A DNA stretch of 64,000 nucleotides, from assembly GCA_973851085.1 (NCBI GenBank), contig OZ316775.1, positions 1,798,001 through 1,862,000 on the forward strand, written 5' to 3'. Positions 1 to 13,192 of this stretch are shown here, piece after piece; the first letter of the stretch is position 1; each line of letters opens with the position of its first letter. Source of the DNA: Ptychomitrium polyphyllum. Taxonomy: Eukaryota. The notes below the pieces were generated by a model. It made no database searches and was not told where the DNA came from. It saw nothing but the letters and a program-made list of their open reading frames with translations. Position numbers and translations under genes: made by a program.

Positions 1-345
1 ATATACGAACAGCCTTACTATTTGTTCTGGCTGAAGTACCTCATGAGGCATCTATGTTTCGATTGGATACACTAGAGCCTGCATTGGTCAGGTTGCTTTG
101 CTACTATTCAGGGTAATTGCATAGATCTAGGGTTCGTTAACAAGTCGTTGACTCAAGTGAACTGTATTTCAAATTTGGGTACTTTCTAAGCTTTTATGGG
201 TGATTGTGGTGAGCAGTCTTGGACTATTGTATGGTCGCAGTGGCAGCGGGAAAACAACTCTTCTGCAGGCAAGTATTGACCATACCACCTTGGATGGGGG
301 GATACTAGAGATGAAATATGATATTGATTTTCTCCTTTCTTGCAG

Positions 346-1982
346 GTTTTAGCAGGCTTGGCAGCACCTACGGAAGGGTCTATTACTCTCGACAGAGACA
401 ACACACACAGATCGCTTTCTTCAAAAGTTGGGATCGTTTTCCAGTTTCCTGAACGGTAAGTGTTCCATTCTTCCACACCACCAAAAGAGTTGAATGCCTC
501 TGTTAATAGTGTGATACCTATGACAGAACGAGCAGGAGTTTCTCCGTCAGTTAGATCCCTGGCATTTTTCAGTTGATAGATATCACACTATGGAATCATT
601 GAGATGATCTGTACATTTATTTGCTGGCAGCTATTTTGTAGCCGATACAGTCTTGGAAGAGCTCACTTTCGGGTGGCCTAGAAGAATGGAAGACATGCTT
701 ATGAGACAGCAGCTTGCGATGAGGTTACAAGCAGCTGTATTTGCGGTAACGTATTCAAATCAAGCTAATGGTGTTCATGGTTTTAGTAATCTGCATCTTT
801 CTGAATGAGCAGATTGCAAGTGTTTTAAGGCAATTTTCTTCAGAATTGTGGTTCTTTTGACAGTTCTATATTGATTTTTTCCACAACTTTTACTTAACAA
901 TCTGCTCCAAGTTTTGAATGGAATAATGCTGCGTATTGTCCTCTGGGCTGAAGGCTGTGCACGATGTTTTCTCAGTGTCACGGTTTCTGGTTTTGTAGGT
1001 TGGAATGGCTGACATCGCTTTTGACACCAATCCGCGAACTTTGAGTGGCGGATATAAACGGCGTCTAGCATTAGCTGTGCAACTGGTATTTTGCATTGAG
1101 CTGACTTGAGGCTTTGTGTGTTGATGAACTTTGAAAAGTAATTTTGAAACTTTTATTCCAAGTTTAAGGGTGCTTTGTCGGTTAATGTACATACCAAAGT
1201 GCCTTCATTGATTGCTGTTGTGGCAGGTTCGAATGCCCGATCTGCTTCTTTTGGACGAGCCACTGGCTGGCCTAGGTTTGGATACCTTTGACTTGCTTTC
1301 CGACTGCTCAGCGTCGTAACTTTAGCATGAGCGACTCATCTGAGACTTTTGTCGAATATGAAACACGAAACTTGAGTGAAAGACGAAGTAGAACTCAATT
1401 ACATGATGGAATTTTATCCCTCTGTCCAGTTGACAGTTCGATATCGAATTTTAAGATGCTAAGGCTCAGACTTAGGCTTAGGACTTAGGGCTTAGCAGTA
1501 GCTATGCTAGATGTTACGATTAGGCTAATGTTTAGGCTTGGGGCTCAGATTCAACTCGTCAACACCATGTATTGTTGCTTATGCTGAAGACCCAGTATGT
1601 GCTATCGTGGTTGTGACCAGATTGGAGAGCTCGTGCAGACGTCGTGAAGTTGTTGTGGAGACTCAAAAAAGAGTGCACCCTCATTGTCGTCAGCCATGAC
1701 CTCAAGTACATCTCTTGCATACATCTTAATGAAGACACTAAGTGTACACTTTTTTTTTTTTTGAGAGTGACGTGTTTTCTGCTCTTTGTCGATTGTTGTT
1801 CTCGTGTGATATGTTAGCTAGTAATATCTGTTGTGTATTGTCTTTGCCAACTTACCTGCATGTTAATCCTCTGATGTTGAGTGAGCAGGGAGTTGACACC
1901 ATTAGTAGACCGTGCTTGGCACATGGAAATGGGTGGTGTTCTGAAGGAGCAACGTTGGCCCCCTACACCGTCGACTTACTGA
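346..1982 (+). CDS. ABCI11: ABC transporter I family ATPase subunit (ABCI11/NAP14-like, CbiO/EcfA type); 3' part only, 5' exons lie outside the window
   Basis: Six GT-AG exons read by eye (346-455, 631-745, ~999-1085, ~1228-1275, 1621-1705, ~1889-1982). They translate to VLAGLAAPTEG...KVGIVFQFPER / YFVADTVLEELTFGWP / LSGGYKRRLALAVQL (signature) / LLLLDEPLAGLD (Walker B, D-loop) / LIVVSHDL (H-loop), ending at TGA 1980-1982. Confidence 0.88.
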
Positions 1983-2752
1983 ACCATTGTTCAAGTGGAA
2001 GCGATAGACAGCTCATTTTTAAGGATACTCTCAAGCATAGGTAATGGCCTGCTCCAATAATCCAGCATGAGCATCAATGCAGTGCTTTCTGAGGTCAACT
2101 TAGGCGTTGGTACTCGAGGATTGACGAGAAGACAATTTGTTCAGCTCAAGGATATGTGGTGGATAGCGTATGATTGACTAGGTCGTGGTTACTGCCTTCT
2201 ACTGATGCGATGTCCAAAACGCCTCGCAGTCGCAAAAGACGTAGAAGCCTGACAGTTCTTCAGTTCTTTTCAGACTGACAGCATTGATAAATCGATCATA
2301 GAACATTATGCGTAAACGCTGCGTTGGCATATTCACAATATCTTGGTGCACAGTCGGTGTCGCACAGATGGTGTCGCCGATTAGATTGAGACTAGGGCAC
2401 AAATAGAATTATAAGAAACAATCTGTATTACCAAAGAACTCTTATTCAACAATGTTGAACCACTTCCAATTTGGTAAATCATCCCCATGGTACTAAAACC
2501 TGCTATACCCTTATCATTACTATTAGAAAACCCAGCACGGTGAGTGTAACCAACGCATAGAAAGATCCAGTTCCTCACCTTTCCGAAATCTTTTACCGAT
2601 CTTACTCGCACAATGGTCAACTCTCCACTTAGAGGGCATCTCGACTTCTTTCTTCATAACGTTCTGGCGGCAAATTAACTAAAACATTTAATACAATTCC
2701 TTTCAGAATATCCTCAGATCGGTAACGGACATGTGAAAAGCTTTGATGGCGA

Positions 2753-5217
2753 TTACTGTGTATCTCCTGTAAGAACACCGTGGCGCTTGTGTTTCCCGTC
2801 TCTTTTCTGCATCCAGTGGAACCAGGTGATGAGCTCGAGCACAATAGCAATGAGGCCCAAGATCGCAAGAATAGTGATGTAAATTCGTTTCCACTTGTCT
2901 TCACCCAACAAACCAATGCCTTCAAAAATGTTGATGATGGCCAGGATGATGATGGCATAACCAAGGGAGTGGTGCACTACATTCCAGTAAGGTCGTTTCT
3001 TGGACTTATGCTTGGGCCTTAGGAGTATAGCACTTAACACCTGCATAGATTGGAGGGTCAGAAGCAAGGTAGGAAACCAACTTCAATAGCCCATAATAGT
3101 CATTAGCTATTACATAGTTCCTGTAAAAATCATAGGCACCCAGTTCATTACCAAAACCAAAGGAATATGCACATTTAGCCATACATCCGGTATGCTTCAC
3201 AATATCAGAACTGGAGAACATGAACAGATTTAAATCAACAATGATAATGAAGAAATCAGTACCTGGAAAGTAGCAATTGCCCAGATTGCAATGCCAAGGT
3301 TCCTATGCTTGTACTTGATAGGATTAGCATATTTCTGGAGCCGCAAGCCTAAAATCCACCCAGCTGTACCTCCAGCATAACCAGTAATTTGGCAAAATAC
3401 ATGTATATAGAACCAGGCAGGATCTGCAGATTTGAAGGGACGCATATAACGAGCAGCCATTACTCCAATTGGAAGTAGAATTCCCCACGAAATAGCGTTG
3501 ATAATACCATGAATCTGTTAAAACCAGCTCATAGCTCAGAAACCGAGACATAATTAAAACGTACCACAAAAATCAGCTAACATAGACAGAATACCACAGG
3601 GTGCACTCTGCCACCCACGTGCATTTGAATTGCATCAGATTTCACCATGAAATTTGGATTAGAACCATGGCTTGAGTAAGGTGAAATGGTTCTAATCGAT
3701 CATTTTAGCTCGACTGCGTGAAGTAAAATGATGTGAAACTGAAAATCGGTGGCAAATAAAGTATGATGGGCAACATACTGCTGTTCAGATCCAACTCAAT
3801 ACTGCCATCAGAACAGTCAACTCCTGCTTTACATCACCATGTCCAGAAGAATGTAAAACTAAAATAGCCATCATGGTAGCACCAAGCTGCTCTTAGATAA
3901 TCACCTATATTTAGGAAAACATCTGCAAAATTATTTCCAATTGGCAAAGTCCAAGATAAGTTACTCACATCCTTGAGATCTTTGTTAGGAACTACGCCTC
4001 CGCCGGTTGTCTGGCCAGTAGACATCTCAACCACAGCAGTACTAGCAAGGTTAGCATTGGCCAAATTGTGGCCGAGGAAGGCAGCAGTGGAGGCCACCAC
4101 CACAGGGCCTCGGTTCCAAACCAGGTTGAGCGAAGTAGCCTGTCCTTTTACCATCTGCACAGTTCCATAGATCGTCACGGTACCAGCTGTAGTCATCGTA
4201 GCTGAATAGTTGGAGTATGCTACAGTCACCGGGGTTGGAATTAACAACCTTTGACCGGCTTTCACTGGCTGGGTCACGTCGTATGTTCTCACCGTGATGC
4301 CTGTACTATTCTGGAACGCTCCTAGAGCTTGAGTTCCCACCATTTGAGCTCCAATTGGGTTGATTCCCCATGCTACCCACCCGGACGAGGCTTCCAGATC
4401 CTCTGTTTGAATCCATAAAACAAGAATGTTCAGTTTGAAAGCTTTTGGATCCATTTGCAGAGAATTGCCAAAGTGGTCACAAAACTGGTCTGTTCTACAC
4501 TCATTTCTCTCCGTGTTTTAAAATGGAACACAGACAGTAGTCCAAAGTCTTTTGAGACAGATTTTCCATGAAGAACATGAAATATGGGTTGGAAAGTGAA
4601 GAAAGGGAAAAAAATGAAAATCAAAAGGAAAAAAAGAGGGAGATATCTATTAAGGCTGTTACAGGTAACTGAATGCACATTAAATTGCACGCTGCAATTA
4701 CCAGCTTACTTCTTCCAGCACGGTGTGAGCTCCGAGGCATGTGACATCATTCATCTTTTGTTTGATTTAAATTGGAACTCGAATGGTATCTAAAGGCACC
4801 TTAGAGAAGTTTTCAGAAGAGACACATAAAATCTAGGCCCTTTTGATATCACTCATCTTTAAAAGTTTCTCAATATTGGGTTATTAGGCTGCGAAATGGG
4901 AAAAAATGGAGTACAGATTAAAAATAAGACTAATTAGGAAATTTTCTAGCAGAGATTGAATGCCCGATCTGGAGACAAATTTGATGAAGAACAGGGTAAA
5001 GCATTAGAAAAAGATGCATACCTGAGAACGCAAAATTGATAGAGTCGGTAGACGTGTCAAGAGTCCAAGCAAGAGAGACATCCAAAGCAGAGAAGGACTT
5101 GCAATTGTCATAGAACGTTGTTGAGACGAGCTTTCCGCATGTGTATGTACACGACGCTCCTTGGATGCACAACCACACAATGGCTGTCACCAAGATCCAT
5201 GTCCATGTGGAGGCCAT
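2753..5217 (-). CDS. Cytochrome b561 and DOMON domain-containing protein (AIR12/CYBDOM family)
   Basis: Exons 5217-5022, 4402-3969, 3514-3263, 3040-2753. N-terminal signal peptide; DOMON motif GWVAWGINP..QMVGTQAL; b561 helices with heme His residues (IHGIINAISWG, WFYIHVFCQ, YKHRNLG, YWNVVHHSLGY). Confidence 0.93.
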
Positions 5218-7739
5218 GGTTGGTACAGTCCCAGTGATGGCGCCTCCCCTGCTAACCCTTCCTTAAACCCTGATTCTACGTCCTAATCGCCTCTACTTAA
5301 AAGCAAGCTCACTTGGCATAATCGTTTGTATTACGTGAGGGATGCCATCCTCCATACTCTACATTTCCAACAGTTCAAGGTTTTGTAATCCCAACTTCTT
5401 CCATAAGCACGGCAATGGGCCGGCAACGGTTAACACAACTTACGGTAGCAGCATTCTCTCTTTGTTAGAGGTTTATCAAGGGTTGTTGAAGAGGGATCCA
5501 GGGGACGACTTGGAGTAAGAACTTGTCAAGCTAGAAGGACAATTGTGAAGCAAAGGAGGAGGAGAGTGACGGAATGTCTGAAATCTGCACCTGATTCTAC
5601 ACTCTACAAAATCCTGCACATATTCAGATCCTATAGAGAAAGCTTCACATTTGGGTCAACTCTGGTTCACTGCATCGAAATGTAGAGGTCCACCCGACTT
5701 TCAAGCAGCTCCACCTAGAGCTCGCTCTAACAAGTGAGACGACACAGGATGAACCACTCCCGCCGCTCCACGAAAGTATAACTGGCAGAGAATGGCATTT
5801 TACATGCAAATCCAGTAATGGCACATATACACCCTAGTGTAGCATGCGCGCAAGATCAAAGCGCACAGCTCCTCAACAAAAACGTGATCTCATCTACGGT
5901 CTTGCAAACAAAAAGACACCTTCTCTGCTGTGCAACGGCATGCAAGGGTCACTTGTTAAAACGGTATGGTGCTAAAAATAATCCTTCCGCAGCAATTACC
6001 GGAATGCTTCTACTACGGTTGTGGAGAATTGATCAATTAAGAGGTTCTCTACTTCCGTGTATGTTTGCACAAAACCAAGACTTTCCAGCATCGGACTTTA
6101 AATGAAAACAAAGATGCAGCTAGCATTCAGCCTGAGTGGATCACCTGCTACATACATTGACAGATCAAGCGGGCGCTTGTGGTGTAGGAACGACCTTCGT
6201 TGACTGAATCTCGGATCCTACCCTCGCAGCTCTCGTCCAACAGATTCAAATGGACAGACTTCAGTCTTCCACCAGCCCAAGATTACACAACCGTAAAATG
6301 TAATGCTGAGTTTGCACTGTATCTGGTAGCTAGGCTGGTACGTGTTGGACACAAGTTCGTTAGCGTGGGCCTTTTGTTTCGGACTTTGAAAGTTCAAATT
6401 TCAAAACGTCGACGTATCCATACTGCTATGCTCCGAGAAAATGGGACAGGGAAGGTTACGATTCGCCAAGGATAATGACCTTAGAAGTCCTGCTCTAGTT
6501 GAAGCAGGAAGATTGTTTCAAGCATATCCTATCTTGATTAAAGAGGTCCGCTTCCCAAAGAATTATCATGGCCCACAGTATTGAAATTGCACTGCTGCAC
6601 CTCGACTTGTGCACGACGTCTACAGCAACTTACTTGCTCCCTTTGAGAAAGCAAAAAATAAATTGTATCAGTACTGCTGGTTGAACAGTAGACTATCTCC
6701 AGCATTTAAATCCAACTTAAAAACGTCACCAGATTCCGGAGTCTCTTTCAGTTGCACGGGACTACCGCATTCGAAGACCAGATCATATTTTCTCACTTCT
6801 TAGTTTTTGCAAGTATTGCAAATCTGGACACTGGTACTTCTAAGTCATGAATCATATTACGTAAATCAATTACATTGTAGAGTTGTCATTATTAGTCTTT
6901 TGGGAGCTCATGTAGGGGCCGGACTCGCTGGAGCTCCGTCAGAAATATTCTTTTCACACTCAATTTTTTTTCTCTAACGCACTGTAATTAGCTTCTTCTC
7001 TGCTTAAAATAGATCTTTCGAAGGTGTGCATAGGGGCATATCCAGCGTGGGCAATGTCATCCTGTATCTGTATGAAACTCCTGACGTTTTCTGGTACAAT
7101 GTTAAAACTGTGTGCCAAATTAGCACTACATAATAGTACAATAGTACAACGGCGGGAGAAAACAAATTCAACATCGCATGAGGTTATACTTATCTTCCTC
7201 TTCTGCTGTATCTTGACAGCAGAACCAAACCTGTCAAAAATGAAGCATACATTTAAGGTAAAAATACCATAAACTGATATCCACCCCACAACCCACAATG
7301 TACATTGCCTCTGAAACTGATAAATGCGTGTCTGTAAATAATTTCTTGGAATTTTGTGCCACCCAGTTGACTTCTTAAATTTGTCTAATTTGGGTTATCT
7401 TAGGAATCGAATAGCATAGGTTTTTGGTTTAAGGTTGATCTGTATAACATGTATAACAGCAGGTGGGCATGACAAACCTTTAACTTAAAAAAATTGTAAT
7501 AATTTCAATTTTAAGTATTATGATACTGAGTAAATGCATTCTTCATGATTTCGTTTTTGTACTGTATTTACAAAAGATATCGCTTTGCATATATTACTAT
7601 TGTCCAGGTAGAACTTTCGAAACATGAAGTATACATAAGCGATATTCAAAAGAAGCCGTGAAAATTTGCAAAAGCATGACTGATCCAAAATATGCCATTA
7701 ACCAATTTGTTACACAATTTGTTAAACAGATGCTGGCAA

Positions 7740-10700
7740 TCACGTTCTGTTCAAATCTAATGGATCCTGTAACAGCTCAAGTTGTCTGCTTGATCCTCCA
7801 GCGGCCTTGTCATCAGATTGTGAAGACTCAAATGTTGGCCAAAATAATCCAAACCTAGAGGGTGACTTCGCAGGACCCTTCGGAATTTCTCGTGCATCTC
7901 TTTGCTGCAAATGCCCTGCTCGCTGCGGATTGGTTAGCAGCATCTGTTGTACGTCACTAGGCAGTAAGTCGAAGATCGTACGCAAATCACTTTTTAGTTT
8001 CTTGACTATCTGTGTATCTGTATCGGCAAGCCCTGCCCGCTGCAACATCTGGAACAACGTATAGTCAAGAATTTTGTGCATATTAGACTCTTGAAGGAGA
8101 CCGCACTAATGAAGATGATCATGTTTCAACAAATACTACCTCCACTAGAAATATCTATTGAGGGTAAGAACAAAAATGGCGAGGCAGTCGTTGCACGTCA
8201 CTTGACATGACTTTTATATCAAGTAAATACACGGTAGTAATAAGTCATAAGAAAAGCAACAGAAAAGAAGAACTTGTCACTCCGTAAATCATGCATTTGA
8301 ATGGTTCCATACAGATGGTAAACACTGAACATTGTATTGACAATTTGTACCTGCAATTCTATGATCAAATGGCGTTCAACAGCAGAGAAAGAGTCCACCA
8401 CTTCCACTTCTGTCATTGACGTCAGGAAGGACTGCACATCAGCTTTACTCCGAGCTTGCCTCCAAATACGATGCTGTTCTTGCTCAGCTACGGCTCGTCT
8501 ACGCTGGAACCATGGCATAAAATTGGGTCCCTCGAGGAAACGTCTGCAATTTTTTGGCGATGCCAGACAAGAATCAGGATCTATTCCATCTATTTCATGA
8601 TAACAACAGCGTAGAGAAGGCAAAATTATTATCCACCCTCATGAGCAAAACCGAATTTGAATTTTCTCGAAAGACAATGCAGTTGAGTTAATCTATACAG
8701 CACGACAAGCTGCTATGCCCTATCTATAACCTCATAAGGCCAGATCAAAAGCTGACATAACACACAAAAAAACGACATCTGATACCTATAGAGATCCAGC
8801 CAGTTGGCACGCAATCGCTTTGCTAGAAACTTGCCGGCTCCACGAGCAGCCAGGGCTTCAAGGAAGGCATGTGCGTTGAAAGGGGGAAGAGGAGGTGGAT
8901 CCCGGAAGGGTGATGCTCCCTCCTGTGGGGTAGTTGCACGTAGGTAGGGTCCAAATGGTGCTAGAAAATTGGTGGTCAACTCCTGAAAGTGGCGCCTCAA
9001 AACCTCATTGTTCACCATAGACATTGACTCCTCAGTTCGGGGGGAAACCCCAGCATCAACTAAACGGTTGAGGACTGAAGTATCCGGTTTAGTTGCTGCC
9101 ACGTAGCTTGTCCACAAACATTCACGATGCTCTGACATCAACGAAAGGGGCCCGTCTTTACGAACTCTTGCAACTTTGAGCAGATTTGCTGGGGAAAATC
9201 TTGTCAATGGCGACAGCTGTAGTTGCAGTGATAACCGGCGGTTCCCAGATTGCGAATTCGAATTACTCCTTGCAATCTTCAAACGACTAGGAGCTGAGTT
9301 CGGAGTGCCTACAGAAATTACATGAGGCAGGGTTTTTAAAGCCTTGAGAAAGAAAAGATTAGTCACACCCAGAACCATTGGAGGACCCTTTTCCCCTTCT
9401 TTCACAGAATTGAGTCCACTGAAGTCTGGGTCATGGATTGTGAAGTAAGGTCGGAAGTCTACACTACACGGCAGTGGAGCAACCAGGCTCACCAGGGCAG
9501 CTACTGCCTCGCAAACCTGTGAGGGAGTGGGAGCTATCACCATCAGAGGCTCACCCACTAAAAGAAGCTCCCAAAGAACCCACAAATTCATGAGAACTCC
9601 CCGAAAAGATCCAAATAGATCCACATCATGGAAGACACCCTGAGGGATAGACCTGTTTAAGGGCGGCACCGGTGCCATTGCTGAGGTGAAGTCATCCATG
9701 GGAGTGCCACAATTAGGGGGAAGAGTATGAGCTGGTGGAAGATGGGCACGTAAAGTGATGCTCCCTACCAGTAATTCCATCAACTGTCCGTGGAGTGGAG
9801 GTGTCCACCGGGACACATAAGATGCCACCTGTTCTAAAGCTCGTGCACCAATATCAAAATACAAAGGCCCTGCAATTTGTACCAGGGGCTTAAAGACGCA
9901 TGAATAAGGACGCTCAGAAAGGATGACAACAGATTTTTGTTCACCCCCACGTCTGAGTCTTTCATCCTGCCTTTGCCTGTTGACAACAGATGTCACTTGT
10001 GTGTCAAAGAGATGGTATGCTTCGAATGAAGAATTGAAAATATCAAGGATAAACAACCAAGTAACGACTCTGTAACACAGAATGGTAAGAACGGGAAGGT
10101 TATTAGATATCGTAAAAGGCAAGGTTGGGTTAACGCCAATAGGATACCTGTTGAACACAAAGCCATACAGGTATCGCGGACCACCACTGCCAGGGCCGCC
10201 ACGGGAATTTCCATTTACTGTATCCAGTGAATAAGTAGGTAAAACCGTGTCCGTTTCACCAGAGACTTGAGTACTGCTTGGAGGATTATTTGAGGGAGGG
10301 GTAGAGGCATTGTTGCTGATCTCTCTTGCTGCAGGCTTTGAAGAAATTGCATTTGCAAGTATACTAGGCAGAGGTAAACTACTCCATCCACCCCTTGAGC
10401 CAATTTCCTTATCATTTGGAGATTTCGCAAGAGCTGCTGAACCCTCGCTCATTGATCTTTGTGGTACTTGAGGGTCGTCAAATTTCAGTTGTCGTGCTGC
10501 AAGGTTGTACACGAAGTCTTAGGTTAGATGTAGGGACAGAGATAGGCCACAAAAAGTCTAGATCTACAGCAATTCTCGACAACTCTTTGAGAGGTAACAT
10601 AATTCTCCGTGGACTATCTTGTCAATGTCGCAACTACTTGTTCAGATCCAAATAATACATCATTGTCAACAAAGTCAGATAGCTATAACAGCAGTCGGTA

Positions 10701-11768
10701 GTAATTGAGTAGCCAAAGAACTATTAATGTGCGATCTACTGATTCTTGCTTCTCTTAGACGGCAACAGCTTTTGAGCTGAAACATCAGTGCAGCTCAAAA
10801 GCAACAGATGCCGCAGGAAGCGACAGCATCAAGTGAGCATGTGTAAGACAATATGAAATTGGAAGTTTGAGTTGACCATTTAATGCCCACCTGTATGGTC
10901 CACAACCCCTACATCAACATATTGGTCCACAGGGTGGGAAATAGTTCTTCGCGGCGGAGCTGGATTCTCAGCCGGAATTGATCCCCGCCTGCGTATCCGG
11001 AAGAAGAATGCGCAGTCATGCACACTCGCATGAGTGCTTCCTTGAGACATAGAATCCGGAAATGAACTAAAGGCCACATCGAGTTCTTCCTCTGGGGAGA
11101 GGGCATTTGCTGGATAGCACTCTTCAACCAGCTGCCAGCATGTAAACACTTTGATAAGAATTACTAGCACTAGAAGTGCAAGTAAATTCAAATCAAGGAC
11201 TTTCTAACAAGGTGGTGGAAATCCTCATAATAACTATAAGAAGCTGCAAGACGACTCTTGACAACACTGCAGTGCAACCGAATATCCAAAGATTATCATG
11301 AAGAGCATCTCAGGACCTAATCTACTAGATACTCCTCAAATTGTGTTCGTTACAACCCTTCTCGATATAACTGCTTCTCGATAGTTATCATCGTAAGCAT
11401 GACCGATTTAATCGCAAACCTAGAATTGAACACCAGAATCTTATTCATCAACACAAGAGCCTACTATTGCCAGTACTTAACAAATGACCTCACTGAAAAT
11501 TTTGAGCACCTATACGCTTACGGTGACCTTCACACATCCTATTATCCTTCACTTCAATCCACATGAGACTGTTAAGGTACCTCACACGTCTGAGTTCCGT
11601 CAAAGTACTCACAGGTAATGCGGACTCCCTTTCTAAGCAACTAACCTGTCCCTGTTGAAGATCGAAACGAATGGCACAAATTGCTACCATCCATCGCTGC
11701 AGGGCAGAAACATCGGCCTTTCCAACGGGATCGTGGCGAGGAACCGCCAAGGTAATACTCCGATTCAT
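7740..11768 (-). CDS. DENND6: DENN domain protein, DENND6/FAM116-like (putative Rab GEF)
   Basis: Exons 11768-11646, 11131-10891, 10496-10148, 9976-8786, 8543-8351, 8048-7740. Motifs include CAIRFDLQQGQLVEECYP, FSSFPDS, YGFVFNRQRQDERLRRGGEQKSVVILS, LWELLLVGEP, DFRPYFTIHD, LGVTNLFF and RFLEGPNFMPWF. Confidence 0.92.
9977..10147 (-). other. Candidate U12-type (minor spliceosome) GT-AG intron in the DENND6-like gene
   Basis: 5' splice site GTATCCTA (U12 consensus RTATCCTT). Branch-like TCTTTGAC upstream of the CAG acceptor. Removal restores FVFNR|QRQDER. Length 171 nt. Confidence 0.7.
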
Positions 11769-13134
11769 CCTCGTTACGTACTATTCTTTAACAATTGGCT
11801 GCTCGTGCTCCATCTGAATCTTCTGCTAATTGAGCGATACCGTGATCTGCTGTCCTCATCTCTCAAGAATCCCCGTGCATTTCTCCGGAGGGTGATTAAT
11901 AGTTGTCACTAAACACCATTTGAACATAGTGCACTCGAGCTGTTGTCGCAGATATTCTTCAGCAGGTCGAGGAAATACTACTTGTCTCAAGATAATCCTT
12001 CACTCAATAAAGCTGGTGCACGACTGACATGGGCTTCACTGTTCTCCTGTCAAGATTACCAAAACTCATTTCTCAAAACGTGTACGAGATTGACCCAATG
12101 CTGCACTTCCATGACTGAGGAATCTTTAAAGATTAACTTTGAAGGATGCTATAAGAGTGGGCTTACACGTGAACGCACCCTAAGTCCCAGACACTCAGTT
12201 TGCAAAATGAATGTGTGTAGAGCACTTGATAATGCGAGCCAACTACAACCTCTAGCTACTGGTAGACTAATGTAAAATATAGCATAAATAAGGAGCATTA
12301 CACATTATTTGGAAAGTAGGATGAGGAGATCTTTACTTATAACATACCCTTATCTCCTCTGTCAACTATCAGACTTCTCAAGTGAGATGGTTCGGTGCCT
12401 AAATGCCACAAATAGCATGTTCCCAAAACTAGTAAATGTCGTTGCTGACATACTGAATGCTCACTAACATAGCAGGCGACAGCAGCAGCATTTAAGCTTT
12501 CACCATTCTTTGTGATAGTCTTCGAGAAAAAATTTAAAATAAAATTCAAGTGTCAAATCCAAGACTTCAGCTCACACTTAAAATTAGGTCACGTTTCAGC
12601 TCCACCTAAACCATAGCAAATACAAGCAATGCATATGAAAAGTACCGCCCATTCTGCACCCGCAAACCTTCAGTCCACCTCGAAACCTACAGTCTCGCCA
12701 GGATTACAAAACTGCAAGCGGACAGAACTCGAATCGAAACTTCTACCAAACCAAGGGCGGAAAAACTAGGGTAATCATCCAGCTTCATTCTCCATAATAA
12801 TAGGTCACTGCGAGCTGGAACTCCAATCTGAACTTCTCCAAAAGGACCCAAACCAACCTGCCTCACGAAGCCTCAGCATTTTATCGCATCTTCAACCAAA
12901 ACCCAACTCTGTAAGCTCCTCCAAAGCAACTCCACGCAACTCCTCCTCCAACAAACCGCGCGAAACTATCCTTCAACCCCAAAGGCACATCACCAGCACA
13001 TCCACATCCACATCCACACCCCTTTCCAATGCAGCAAACCTAAACAACCCCAGCGCACATTTGCTTCGAAACGACCCAGAATCAACTTTGCCCTAGAAAA
13101 CCCAACTCTCCGGATCGCATCGACCTCCACACAA

Positions 13135-13192
13135 ACTCACTCACTCACTCACTCATGCACTCACCCACTCGCTCACTCACTCATTCACTCAC
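13135..13192. repeat. (CACT)n tetranucleotide microsatellite, in the probable 5' leader/first intron of the DENND6-like gene
   Basis: Imperfect run ctcactcactcactcactcatgcactcacccactcgctcactcactcattcactcac. Confidence 0.85.
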
